Source: Eledone cirrhosa (lineage: Eukaryota). From it: a DNA stretch of 64,000 nucleotides. This document shows positions 42,403-56,682 of the stretch, one piece after another (the stretch's first letter is position 1; the number at the start of each line of letters is the position of its first letter). The notes under the pieces are model-generated. The model saw nothing but the letters and a program-made list of their open reading frames with translations. It searched no databases and was not told where the DNA came from. The stretch spans positions 226,486,001 through 226,550,000 of the forward strand of contig OZ024743.1 in NCBI GenBank assembly GCA_964016885.1. The letters are read 5' to 3'. The translations under genes and the position numbers were made by a program.

Positions 42403-42467
42403 TATTTTATCTGATGAAAGCACACCATAATTTAACTTGGTGTCCTTGAAATATGTATGATGAAATA
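42403..42467 (+). ncRNA. Decayed type I hammerhead (G at position 17, probably inactive)
   Basis: UAUUUUAU-CUGAUGA-AAG..ACACCA..UGGUGU.CUU-GAAA-UAUGUA-UG-AUGAAAUA; paralogue at 52459-52519. Confidence 0.6.
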
Positions 42468-42509
42468 AATATGGTTTTATAAATATAGTTTCCATTTGTT
42501 AATATATTG

Positions 42510-42572
<63 letters not shown>

Positions 42573-43199
42573 ACTATCATTAATACGACAACCACTAAGA
42601 TCATTAATAAAACTACAACTCTTATCACCATGATAATGATCATAAGTACAAGGATCCTTATCATCCTTGTTATCATCATCACCATTATCACGATCGTTGT
42701 CATCAGCATCTTCACTACTGTCATCAACGTTTTCATATTCACCATCATCATCACCATCAATAGTAGAAGCAATAGCCAAGCAGTTATCATCATTCGCATC
42801 GTCATCCATTCTTGTTTTTATCTTCATCAATAACGGCATTATAATCCATCAGTGGCGCAGCAATCCTCTTCCTCTAGCACCTCCTACTCTTACACTGCCC
42901 CTTCACTCCTCCACTTCCTAGTACTCTTGTTAATATCATCATCATAACCAGCAGCAGCAACAACATATTCATTGTCGTTATCATTAGCACAATAATCAGG
43001 AAATATTAATGAAGTAGAAATTATAGATCATTATAAAAGATTTAAAAAATATATAATCAAACCGACAGCAAGATGTAACACACATACTTGTAAACAAAGA
43101 AACATACATACACATAAATACATATTTACACACACATACACAAACACACACACATATATATATATGTATGTATGTATATATATATATATATATTATATA

Positions 43200-43291
43200 C
43201 AGGGTGTCCCCAAATATGTATACATACTTTGATTACCTGTTTATCTATTTATTAGATTAGTGTTGAAGTATATATACATTTTTTGGGACAA

Positions 43292-43295
<4 letters not shown>
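43200..43295. mobile_element. Tc1/mariner-type MITE of about 96 bp
   Basis: TA-CAGGGTGTCCCCAAATATGTATA..TATACATTTTTTGGGACAACCTA-TA; similar copy 46446-46546. Confidence 0.75.
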
Positions 43296-43332
<37 letters not shown>

Positions 43333-43334
43333 GA

Positions 43335-43620
43335 TGAGGCATGGCTCAGTGTTTATGCTGTTCGAGACCCACGATCCTAAAGTCGTGAGTTCCAATTCTC
43401 ACTGTGTGCTATGTTTTCTTTAATACTTTATTTCATACAGCTCTTGTACAATTATACCTCGAAGTGAAGGACTTGTCACACACTGTCATGTTAACATTGC
43501 CGGAGAATAAAGTCAAGCTTACACAAGTTTGTGGAAAGCTCAAATACATACACGTACATTTCACTGGACAGCTGTTCCTTTCTTTGAACAACTAGAACAC
43601 ATCGTCACAACCGAAGAAGG
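43335..43620 (+). mobile_element. SINE family B, near full length, diverged
   Basis: TGGCTCAGTG (A-box-like), GTGAGTTCCAATTC (B-box-like) and family body. Confidence 0.65.
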
Positions 43621-44610
43621 TCCTTAAAGGAATTTAAACTTACAGGAATATATAGAAACAGAGAAATAATACAAAGTACTTTACCCACCATTTAACTGAA
43701 TCTGCCAAAGTGCCACATACACATTCACTGACACACACACTCACTCTCACCCATACACACGCTCACACACACATGCGCTCTCACTCCCACACCCACACTC
43801 ACCCTTGCCCACACATGCACTCACACACACACATGCACTCTCTCACACAAGCACTCTCATTCGCACACACGCACATTCACAAGCACAATTTTTTTAAAGA
43901 GAAGCTACATCCGACATGGTAGCTCAATTAATGTCAGTATAATTAAGGTTCTTCTGCATATGATACTGAAACAATGACAACAGCAGCATTAATACCAATA
44001 ACAATTAATAGCCACAGCTCAGTGAAAGGAAGATATTTTCAACAACTATGTACACATATTAACCAGAGTTAAAACAACAGCAACAACATAATGACAACTG
44101 TAACATCAACCACAAAAATAGTACATGAATAACACTAATAGCTAAAACAACTACAAAAACACCAAAAACATCCTCAACAATAACATTAGCATTAAGAACA
44201 ACAGCAACAGCAATAGTACAAATAACTCAACTCTTATTTACTCTACACACACACACACACACCTATATCTAAGTATGTGCATATGTGGGGCTGTGAGCAT
44301 GTACACAGATATACATACATATACATATAGTATGAAGAACAATCCGTCAACCACACGCTTACTTGTATTTGCACACACACAAGACACACACACACAGACA
44401 CACACGCACACACACACACACACACACACATACACACACACGCACACACACACACATATATAAATGTATGTAATGCCTATCTACTAAATCAGAAACAACA
44501 GCATCAACTGCAATAACAGAAAAATAGTCATAGTAATAACATGTAACACACTATCTATTTATCTAACTATACACACATATATAGGATTGATATATATATA
44601 TATATACTTA

Positions 44611-45183
44611 CATGGTGGCTGCCAACTCGTTTTCGAGTACGGCCACTACATTATATCCATATACCTATATATATATATACTTTATATCCCTACCGATGCG
44701 CTGAACGAGTGTGACTTTTTAGTCCAGCCAGCGACTTGAAAACTCTGGTACAAACACTACACTTGTAACAATTATTGACACATAGTGCTGGGCCCATGGT
44801 ACCATGTGACGACAAGGGCAGAGAGATGTCCAGATATAAAGCAATGCCTGTGTCGTGAAGTTTTTATAGTGAGCAAAGGCACTGCACAAAGCCAGTCTCA
44901 CTCTTTTAACCAGGATGATATTTACCAAAAAGAAGAACAAGTCAACATCATTGGATACCATCAGAGTTGCAGGTGTTATATCAGAGTTTTCCTTCTCCTA
45001 GAATTCTGCCTTGACAAAGGCTAAGGGGTCATCTCTCCCGGATTTTGGATGGCCATTGACTTTTAAGAGCTCCTTTGCCCTTCGACAGGTTTTGTTTTTA
45101 GTCCTGCAGGATGTCCAAAGTCACCCTCCTCACCAAGAAACCTTGGTGGGGTTGCCAGTTTAGTCGCCAACGACCCGACCATG
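44611..45183 (-). mobile_element. Second copy of the 10168-10755 element
   Basis: Reverse-complement match over about 560 bp, also seen in near-identical spurious ORFs. Confidence 0.85.
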
Positions 45184-45262
45184 AGACAGGTTGTACTGGG
45201 ATACATGTTACCAGTAGCACCAACTGGTGACCTGACATATACTTATATACATACATATATAC

Positions 45263-45346
<84 letters not shown>

Positions 45347-45794
45347 TTATACACACATATATATATGTATATAGGAGAGAGGAGTGGGAGAGGTTGAAAT
45401 CGGGATGCAGTGAACCTGACATACATATACATTCATACATACATGCAATTACATGTATATATATATTTATAATGAATAATTTCATACATATATATATATT
45501 TATATATATATGATGTTTTGATCCTCCACACCCTTACCAAACCCCAACGTCAACTAACTATACCCTCACCACACATCCTCTCTTATCAGGTTTCAGGTAT
45601 GTATTAAATGAGGAAATAATTCTTAACGAATGAGTGTATAATTAAAAGAGTGATTATTTGAAATATTGTCAAATAAGCTTACGAATTAACATATTTCCAT
45701 AAATAATTAATTACATAGTATTATCTATTAGTCACTCAGAAGTATGTGCACGTGCTAGGAAGTGTTCGCATGTCCAATGTGTATATATACATAC

Positions 45795-45865
<71 letters not shown>

Positions 45866-45880
45866 TATGCCAGATCTCAA

Positions 45881-45933
<53 letters not shown>

Positions 45934-46057
45934 ATAAAGATTTGTATATGTATTTACATGTATATGTATATATATAACAAAGCAATTGTGGTAAGGACTC
46001 AGATAGTCTATAACGCACCAGAGTACTCAATACGTAGGATAGTAGAGTGGGAAATAG

Positions 46058-46213
46058 GAAAAGGTATGACCCCGACGGCAGAGCTCAAGCCGTTTCGAAG
46101 GCTATTTCTGGACTAAATTAGAATTTTTAGCCTGGTGAATCAGGCTAAACATTCTAATTTAGTCCAGAAATAGCCTTCGAAACGGCTTGAGCTCTGCCGT
46201 CGGGGTCATACCT

Positions 46214-46217
<4 letters not shown>
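46058..46217. repeat. Near-perfect 77-bp-arm hairpin made of an HHR 3' half
   Basis: Arms 46058-46134 and 46141-46217 with one mismatch seen; GAAACGGC-TTGAGCTCT-GCCGTC-GGGGTC. Confidence 0.9.
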
Positions 46218-46262
<45 letters not shown>

Positions 46263-46268
46263 ATATAT

Positions 46269-46339
<71 letters not shown>

Positions 46340-46445
46340 TATATATATATATATATATATCATATATATATATATATATCATATATATATATATATATAT
46401 CATATATATATATATATATATCATATATATATATATATATATATA

Positions 46446-46546
46446 TAGGGTGTTCCCAGAAAATGTATACACTCTTTGATTAATTGCATAGTCAATATTT
46501 ATTAGAATGCTATTGATGTGTGTATACATTTTTGGGGGGACCCCTG
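46446..46546. mobile_element. Tc1/mariner-type MITE of about 100 bp
   Basis: Imperfect TIRs (T/C)AGGG..CC..AAAATGTATACAC in a TA tract. Confidence 0.75.
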
Positions 46547-46799
46547 TATATAAATCCTTTGTATGTATGTGTATGCGCGTGTGTGCGTGCGTGTGTCTTT
46601 GTGTGTATGTACAATTTCACCTGGAATCACATTTTAGAAGTCTTCCAAATAAGGGTTGGTGTATTCCGTTCATGTAATTGAGTTTGTATTATTTACTAAT
46701 TTACACGACTCAATATAATTATTTCTACTTTTGGCACAAGGCCAGCAAAACTCAATATAATGGTATGTGATTATACACACACACACACACTCTCAGTCT

Positions 46800-46903
<104 letters not shown>

Positions 46904-47700
46904 TGTGTGTGTGTGTTTGTTTGTGCGTGCGTGTGTGCATGCTTGTGTGGGTATGTACATACATATATGCATGCGTACATATACATTAGTGTATAACTCC
47001 TATAGCTAATTGGTATTAAGTACATAACAAAATTATCAATAAATATAAGAGAAGTTTGAAGTATTGAAATTTGCTTGAAGCATTGTGGAATAATAAAATG
47101 TTTTTTTTGGGGGCGGGGGTCGTTTTGGAAGCCTCAACAATGCAGATGGGTAAATCTCCGGGTAACAGAATTCGGTGTGAAATTAAATTTACTAGAGTTT
47201 ACTTTTTTAGTTATTACTATTCCCTTTCATTTACTCGACAAGGAATAACTGCAATATTCTGTTACCTCAGGAGTCTTAATTTTTAGGGTGTTTGGCTCAG
47301 GATCTAAAACTGTTACCCCTTTAATTCAAAGTGTTATCTTTGTCACATATTATGAATCCTCATGAAATATGACGGTAAAGACACATGGTTCTAAAGCACT
47401 CGGGCGCTTGCATGTTAATTTCAAGAACAGGATGCTCCTCCTACTGAATCAACAGGGACACTCCTCGTCGGAACCGAAAGAAGTGCATCACACACCTTGT
47501 TTTAATTGTTTCAATTCAACCGGTTTCAGTTTCCATGACAAGCCCATGCCACTTAGTACGATGTCTCCTTTTCTCTTCTATGTATAACGTACACATAAAC
47601 ATACACAACCGTACACACACACACAAATATATATATATATGTATATATATTTATATATATGTACGTGTGCGTGCTGTGAGTGTGTGTAATATATATATAC

Positions 47701-47754
<54 letters not shown>

Positions 47755-47858
47755 CACAGACATATATGTATATGTATATTTATATACATATATATATATT
47801 TATACATATGTGTGCGTGCGCACGCGCGCGCGTGTGAAATGTATATATATATATATAT

Positions 47859-47938
47859 TCCCTGATGACGCAATGAATTCTCGACAGTTATATTACGTAA
47901 CTGTCTTTATCCCATTGCAGAAACTAATTTGTTGGAGT
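47859..47938 (+). ncRNA. Type I hammerhead (543-bp unit, copy 1; stem III substitution)
   Basis: UCC-CUGAUGA..GAAACUAAUUUGUU^GGAGU. Confidence 0.7.
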
Positions 47939-48399
47939 GAAAATTGTAGTAAGTAAGTTAATTTTTTTAATTTTTTAAAATTTTCTTATTTTACGTCTTT
48001 TGTATTATTGTTCTGCATCCTCCTGCATTGAACCACCTAGGTACTATGACATAACCTGTGTATTTGCTAGCATTAGCGTACATCTGTACGCATATGTTAG
48101 TAGATATACTAAATTCTCTATATTTATCTCCAAATTACTTATTTGTTGAGCAAACCTGACAAAACCACTACTAATTTATTGGCGTGGTAGTAGGCTTCTG
48201 TCATCTTACCATCCCACTCCTACCGACTAGCCTCAGTGTCACGTGATTGATTCTTTAGAATCTGCCATTTGACCAGAGACAGCGAGCTTTTCAGTGCATG
48301 AAATCCAGTCCCCGATAGCTGTTCCATCTACCGAATTATTATTATTTTTATATGAGTCCCCAGTGTCCGCGCATTGCCTGGAGACTTAGCTGAGAATAG

Positions 48400-48481
48400 A
48401 CTCCCTGATGACGCAATGAATTCTCGACAGTTATATTACGTAACTGTCTTTATCCCATTGCAGAAACTAATTAGTTGGAGT
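48400..48481 (+). ncRNA. Type I hammerhead (543-bp unit, copy 2)
   Basis: ACUCC-CUGAUGA-C.GCAAUG..GACAGUUA/UAACUGUC..CAUUGC.A-GAAACU-AAUU-AGUU^GGAGU; predicted cleavage after 48476. Confidence 0.85.
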
Positions 48482-48942
48482 GGAAATTTTAGTAAGTAAG
48501 TTAATTTTTTTAATTTTTTTAAATTTTCTTACTTTACGTCTTTTGTATTATTGTTCTGCATCCTCCTGCATTGAACCACCTAGGTACTATGACATAACCT
48601 GTGTATTTGCTAGCATTAGCGTACATCTGTACGCATATGTTAGTAGATATACTAAATTCTCTATATTTATCTCCAAATTACTTATTTGTTGAGCAAACCT
48701 GCCAAAACCACTACTAATTTATTGGCGTGGTAGTAGGCTTCTGTCATCCTACCATCCCACTCCTACCGACTACTCTCAGTGTCACGTGATTGATTCTTTA
48801 GAATCTGCCATTTGACCAGAGACAGCGAGCTTTTCAGTGCATGGAATCCAGTCCCCGCTAGCTGTTCCATTTACCGAATTATTATTATTTTTATATGAGT
48901 CCCCAGTGTCCGCGCATTGCCTGGAGACTTAGCTGAGAATAG

Positions 48943-49024
48943 ACTCCCTGATGACGCAATGAATTCTCGACGGTTATATTACGTAACTGTCTTTATCCCA
49001 TTGCAGAAACTAATTAGTTGGAGT
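48943..49024 (+). ncRNA. Type I hammerhead (543-bp unit, copy 3)
   Basis: As copy 2; an A>G change in the stem II extension keeps pairing as G-U; predicted cleavage after 49019. Confidence 0.85.
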
Positions 49025-49086
49025 GAAAATTTTAGTAAGTAAGTTAATTTTTTTAATTTTTTAAAAGTTTCTTATTTTACGTCTTT

Positions 49087-49220
<134 letters not shown>

Positions 49221-49761
49221 TATATGTATATATATATTACACATACACACACACACACATATACATACATATATATATAAAAGTGGTAACCGCTTGCTTT
49301 GCTACTTTTTATATTGTCACGAATTAGTACCATTGAACCACAAATATTATAAACAACTTGCATATTTCTACAAGTACATTGTACCTGTTGAAGTATTCAT
49401 CCACTTTTATAATTTTTCTCCTTATGTAGAGAACAAAACGTTGAATAATGCTGCTAATTCGAGTGGCAATATCAACATGTTTATAATAAACAGCTATTAT
49501 CAGCGACCTGATTTTGCGTGTGTGTCATTTTAAAGGCTTGACCGCATGCGTTGGGCAGGAAGCGAAATATTTACTTATTGTAGGGCTTGCAACCTTATGG
49601 TGTGGAAATAGGCTGTCTGAAGATTCATTTCTTTCCATTGGAAATTCTCTGGATTTCCAATCTTTTGGAATGATAAAACCGTCGGTAACAGCAACAGATC
49701 AGGTGATTATTTAAATCGTTTTTTAATTTATTTCGAGAATTGTTCGATAACGGCTTGCTTT

Positions 49762-50293
<532 letters not shown>

Positions 50294-50528
50294 TTTGACC
50301 TTCGTCACAGAAATAATATCATTTCCTGTTAATGGACAGTTTAGTAGCTGAACTATGTTATGATCAAAGACGGTTTTTTAAAACCATATATTTATTTTAA
50401 AAAAAAAAGCAACAAAAGGACAGACATCATCCTTGAAAAACGGATAGGATGGTCACAGATGGTATATCTCTGACAATAAATCTGTTTCATCAGAAGCAAC
50501 CTGTTTAGCCTGGCTTGTGGCTAAACAA

Positions 50529-50705
<177 letters not shown>

Positions 50706-50716
50706 TATATATATAT

Positions 50717-50812
<96 letters not shown>

Positions 50813-51663
50813 ATGAGAAGAATGAAGAATACTGCGTGGTTGCACATGGGTTACATATGATAAAAATACTCCTTCGTCAGTGATTTTCCAACCATCATTG
50901 ATATTACATCGCATTAAAAATCATATACCTCAGGTTGGTGCGAGCAATATATATATATATATATATAAGCAAAAGGGATATTCAATTTGTTGGTAACAAA
51001 TATAAATGTTTATAACCGATTCAGAGCACTCGATAGTTTTCTGGATATTGCTTTTTTGATATATGGCTTTCTCAAGATTCTGTAACTTGTGTATCGAGGA
51101 CATTTTTTATATAATTAACTCTCAAAACTCTATTAATCTTAAAACAGAATTATTTTCTAGTTGCAGACATCGCCAAAATTCCACTTTCAGATGTATTTTT
51201 AATTTATGATATTCATTACACTTGACTATATCTTATACACCTTTAAAATGATCCTATTTTTTACTCAGTATTTTCTTTAAAAATTTAAATTTAAATGTTT
51301 TTAGTGATATTCCTTCTTTAATTTTTAATATTTAAAAAAATATTTTTACTATTTTTACCATTTCACATTATTTTCTTAATGATACTCCTCTAAATATATA
51401 TTTTTTGTAGATGTAGATTGATAATCTTTAATTGACATTCTGAAAGTTATCCTCTTTACGATAGTTCTTTTTTCGTCTTCTTTGATCTTCAAACTTTCAC
51501 ACATCTTTCGACTAAAATAATATATAATTGAAATTAATCTCACACAAAATAATATATAACTTTCTTTATATATTTTCTGAGTAAATCATTCATCAAATTT
51601 AACGGTTAGCAAACAAGATTGGAGTTATCTTTTCCTTTTCAATCGTGCAAACATAAACATAAT

Positions 51664-51783
51664 ATTCTGAGTTCAAATCCCGCCGAGGTTAACTTTGCCT
51701 TTCATCCTTACGGGGTCGATAAAATAAAGTACCAGTAATACACTGAGTAATTGCTGGCCTTGTGCCAAAAGTAGAAACAATTA
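51664..51783 (+). mobile_element. SINE family A, 5'-truncated
   Basis: Starts just before the B-box; core and tail intact. Confidence 0.9.
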
Positions 51784-52458
51784 TAATATAATATGTATGA
51801 TAAACTATATAACTTCGTTAAATTAAGAATATTCTGAAAACATGTTCAATGTCGGAACAAAATATTTGAATCTATAAATTGTTCTCCTCTTACAACTTGA
51901 ACTACGTGTTTTTTTATGTAAAATGCACAACCAACATCCTTCGTAAATCATATTAGAAATGTAAACAACTAATAATTGTCACTTATTTCTATTTCTACAA
52001 TACTTATACATGCACAATTACTAATCTATGTAGATATTTATATACTTACAACCTGTTGTATAAGATAAAATCTACTTACAACCATAATTCTTCATATAAT
52101 CTAATTGATTATATATACGATATTATAACTCATAATATAGCTAAATAAATATTAAATTCTGGAATCATATTCCAACATTCCTGCAAATTGTTAGTTCATT
52201 TTAAATTAACGTAAATACAAGCTCTTCTTTCTTTTTATCTTCTTCCTACTTATACATACATATATCATAATTATTTAAATTCTGCATAGCGTCTAAAAAT
52301 AACGTTCTTTCAGCCGTATACTTCAACCGCATTTGCATATTCATCTTAATAATTTGAAATATCTGATTTTCTTCTCTTTTCCTTCACTATCCAGGAAAAA
52401 ACTTGAACCGTTAAGGTATTTTTTCTGGGTTATGTCAATATTTATGAAACAAACTTTG

Positions 52459-52519
52459 TATTTTATCTGATGAGAACGTAACAAAGTTTTGGTACCCTTG
52501 AAATATATATAATAGAATA
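52459..52519 (+). ncRNA. Type I hammerhead with decayed stem II
   Basis: UAUUUUAU-CUGAUGA-..GUACCCUU-GAAA-UAUAUA-UA^AUAGAAUA. Confidence 0.6.
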
Positions 52520-52558
52520 AATATGTTTTTATAAATATAGTTTCCATTTATTTAATAT

Positions 52559-52626
<68 letters not shown>

Positions 52627-52729
52627 ATGGTGAAGTAATCCGTCTTAACTACTTTTAATTTGATATATCTATATATCTATCTATCTATCAATCTCTCTCT
52701 ATATATGTATATACAGAGAGAGACAGAGA

Positions 52730-52812
<83 letters not shown>

Positions 52813-52954
52813 TCATTAGTACAACAGCGCAACGTGTTGGGCACCATGAGCTTTCGGCAAAGAAATAGTCTATATACATTATTACCAATATCTCCAGATA
52901 TTACAAAGAACTCTCCCCCGAAGACAGAAGAATGTACTTTCATTATTGGTTGTG

Positions 52955-53135
52955 AATTGGCAGTATCGGTAGAGGGTCGGACGCCATGCATTTCAGCATA
53001 GTTATGTCCCTTTACGGCCTGAGTTCAAATCCCGTCGGGTTAACTTTTCCTTTCATCCTTAAGAGGTCGACAAAATAAAGTACCAGTAATGCACTGGGTA
53101 ATTGCTGGCCTTGTGCCAAAAGTAGAAAGAATTAT
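52955..53135 (+). mobile_element. SINE family A
   Basis: A-box, B-box, core and tail. Confidence 0.92.
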
Positions 53136-53467
53136 TGGTTGTACCAATAATTTGAAAAACACACTATTGTTTCTTTGTTTCAGAAACCATGGTAGTGAGA
53201 CGATTATATGACTTAGACAAACTTACTTTAGACGGTCTGACTTATAGTCCCCGAAATTGAGCTTTTGGCATAAGTTTATATATTATTTCTCTGAGTGATA
53301 TTTTATCTATATATTTTATCCATTAATTGATGAGAATGAGATGTCTACGTATTAGAGAAAACAAAAAATTTAAAATTAGTATATATATTTATATATAATA
53401 CATTATAAAGAAAGAAGAAACATTAGATATAAATAAAAAGATATAATATACCTAAATTCCTTCATTA

Positions 53468-53559
53468 TCCTCGACTACGTAGTTTTGTGGCTATTATGCA
53501 AACACATTACATCATAGAGATGCAGTATTTTTGTGAGGTTTGCCGACTTATCAAGAGGA
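53468..53559 (-). ncRNA. Variant hammerhead (U3-A8 core, G12>A damaged)
   Basis: UCCUC-UUGAUAA-GUCGGC..GCCAC-AAAA-CUACGUAG-UC^GAGGA. Confidence 0.6.
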
Positions 53560-54366
53560 AACCTCATTTAGAGTTTCAAAACACGTCCGTAGGACGCGAG
53601 ATAGAATCCCAAAATCGGAGGGGGAACTTATCACGTGATACAGTGGTCAAGAAACAGAGCTAAGCCTCTTACAACCAAGAGAAAAATACCACAAAAGGCG
53701 GAGGGGGTATTTATGTCAAGGCCGTAGAAGAATTGGCTAGGAGGGCGAGAAGTATGAGTAGTGTAAGCTTAACAGCTGTCACTATACTCAGTGGTTACTC
53801 TACCGTAGGGAGTTATAAACAATACAAAGAAATACACAGACACATGCGAATACATACATATACATGCATATATCCACATATATATCTGAATTTGTGTGGT
53901 GCCAACGTCAACCGTTATTGCTCTATGAATAATAGGGACAAAATAATCTGAATGGATTAGATTGATTCAATATCAGAGTTATATAATACATTATAAAGAA
54001 AGAAGAAACATTAGATATAAATAAAAAGATATAATACACCTAAATTCCTTCATTATCCTCGACTACGTAGTTTCATGGCTATTATACAAAAACCTTACAT
54101 CATAGAGATGCAATATTTTTGTGAGGTTTGCCGACTTATCATTTAGAGTTTCAAAACGCGTCCGTAGGAGACGAGATTGTGTCCCGAAAGGCGGAGGGGG
54201 AACTTATCACGTGATACAGCCTCTGTGGTCTTTTGTGGTATTTTTCTCTTGGTTGTAAGAGTCTTAGCTCTGTTTCTTGAACGCTGTATCACGTGATAAG
54301 TTCCCTCTCCGCCTTTCGGGATTCTATCTCGCGTCCTACGGACGTGTTTTGAAACTCTAAATGAGG

Positions 54367-54462
54367 TATCCTCTTGATAAGTCGGCAAACCTCATAAAAA
54401 TACTGCATCTCTATGATGTAATGTTTTTGCATAATAGCCACAAAACTACGTAGTCGAGGATA
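54367..54462 (+). ncRNA. Variant hammerhead (U3-A8 core, G12>A damaged), inverted copy
   Basis: UAUCCUC-UUGAUAA-GUCGGC..GCCAC-AAAA-CUACGUAG-UC^GAGGAUA; the sister copy at about 54061-54080 retains GAAA. Confidence 0.62.
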
Positions 54463-54675
54463 ATGAAGGAATTTAGGTATATTATATATTTTTATAAATA
54501 TCTAATGTTACTTCTTTCTTTATAATGTATTATATAACTCTGATATTGAATCAATCTAATCCATTCAGATTATTTTGTCCCTAATATTCATAGAGCAACA
54601 GCGGTTAAGGTTGGCACCACACAAATTCAGGGATATATGTGGGTATATGCATGTATATGTATGTATTCGCATGTG

Positions 54676-54711
<36 letters not shown>

Positions 54712-54713
<2 letters not shown>

Positions 54714-55715
54714 TGTATATATACAAAATTAAGTATGTGTGTGTGTGTGTCTGTGTGTCTGTGTATTACCTATAGGGGCCTACATCTTACGACCGATTTT
54801 CATGAAACTTTACAGGCGCATAAATTAGTAATCGGGCAGTTTATTTCTATATATCAACGTATCGTTTTTTTTTAATCCGGGGTCATTCTGCAGATAAAAA
54901 CCGATAGGGGGGGGGGGGTCACCTTTTTTTAGGTATCGAAAAACAAGAATTTTGGTTCTAGCTCACACATTTTGCCACCGATTTCGTTAAAATTTTAAAG
55001 CAAAATACAATTTATCATTGCAGATCCTGTAATGGCTTTATATTTTGGATTTGTTATTCAGAAACGGCGTGGCAGCCGATTAAATATTCAAAAATACCAC
55101 TTTTAGACTCAAATTTCCACTTTTTCGGCTCTATCTCCCACATTAATCAACCTAGTTTGTTCAGATTTTACACTACACTATATCTGATAATTTCACGCCT
55201 TAAAGTGGCTTTACATTTTGGATTTTCTGTTCAGGAACGGCGTGGCAGCCGCTTAAATATTCGAAAATACTACCTTTTCGGCTCTAGCTCCCACATTTTT
55301 CAACCGATATCGTTCAAATTCGAAACTTTGGCTCCACCTCACACAAATCAATTTATTTGGTTCAACTTTTATACTACGATAGAACCTATCATTGCACATC
55401 TTATAAATGGTCAAAGGCAAAACGATGGCCACTGACGTCGTCTGAGCTTTTAGTTGTGTATTTGAGAATACATCGGTTTCCAATCAAGTAGCGTGAGGAA
55501 ATTTGGCTTAGTGTTATAAGTCATTCCCTCTCCCCCAGCATGCACCTTCATCAGTCACCTGCGTTTATCAGTGATAGAGGTTATCACCACCCTCCCCCGT
55601 ATGGCCTGTGTGTGGCCATAGATGAATCATCGAGAAGCAGTCGCTAAGATCAATACCTTTTCATCAAAGCAGATATTATTTAACCTAGCCAGGCAACGCT
55701 GGGTACTGCTGCTAG
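54712..55715 (+). mobile_element. Non-autonomous Helitron (copy 2 of the 40912-41852 family)
   Basis: Same 5' TC start, body, and 3' CCAGGCAACGCTGG hairpin plus CTAG. Confidence 0.85.
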
Positions 55716-56460
55716 AATATATATATAATTGTGTATGGATGTCCGATGGGACTTGGGAGATGACTTCAGTTAGAAAAGGCACTTATTTTCTGGGTCGAGT
55801 ATAAGCATATTTATTTTATATAGAAATGACTTCTACAGGACTAGAACTATTTCCTTGATAGGAAATATCAGCAATTTCATGATGATTTCATACGGTTATC
55901 AATGCGGCTGTGACGCGTCTTATAGAACTGTCAATGGTTGGGAGGGGGTTTTGGTCTAGTTCAGCGTTAATTCTTGTGTCCTAATCATGAACTGAGCAGA
56001 ATTCATTCTTCTCCGGTTGTCCTGCAACAGTTTTTTACTAGTTCATTCTGCAATAGTTGATATCACATTGAAGTGAACTTATGAGGGATTAGTCTAATAA
56101 ACAATAGTGACGAGATAATGTGATCCGATCCATCGATGTTTCAAAGCTAGCCTCTCATAACCTATCGTTCCATCCAACTACAGCTGCTAAAAATACTATG
56201 TACATAGGGCAATAATTTAACTTTTATATTATTACCTTATTAGGATTTGATATATCGATATATGCGTACATACACAAGTATATATTATATATATAATATT
56301 ATAGGTGCACACACACATGCACAGGCAACCAAACACACACTCACAAATAGACGCACATAGGTATGCAAAACAAAACATATATATATAGGATGTTTATTTA
56401 CATGTACATTTCGTATATAATTTAATATATAACCGCGGTCGAATATATATATATATATAT

Positions 56461-56508
<48 letters not shown>

Positions 56509-56517
56509 TTATATATA

Positions 56518-56682
<165 letters not shown>

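Larger units (their letters stand above)
53393..54680. mobile_element. 588-bp unit: 1.4 tandem copies (53393-54219) plus an inverted, permuted copy (54230-54680), carrying a variant HHR
   Basis: ATATAATACATTATAAAG at 53393 and 53981; 54230-54680 is the reverse complement and spans the unit junction. Confidence 0.88.

Noticed and set aside
44604-44620. Perfect Kozak GCCACCATG on the minus strand
   Set aside because: Immediately followed by TAA and lies at the end of a repeat next to (TA)n
51000-52430. Possible Penelope ORF remnant upstream of the 52.46-kb HHR
   Set aside because: Very AT-rich, with no recognisable RT or GIY-YIG motif
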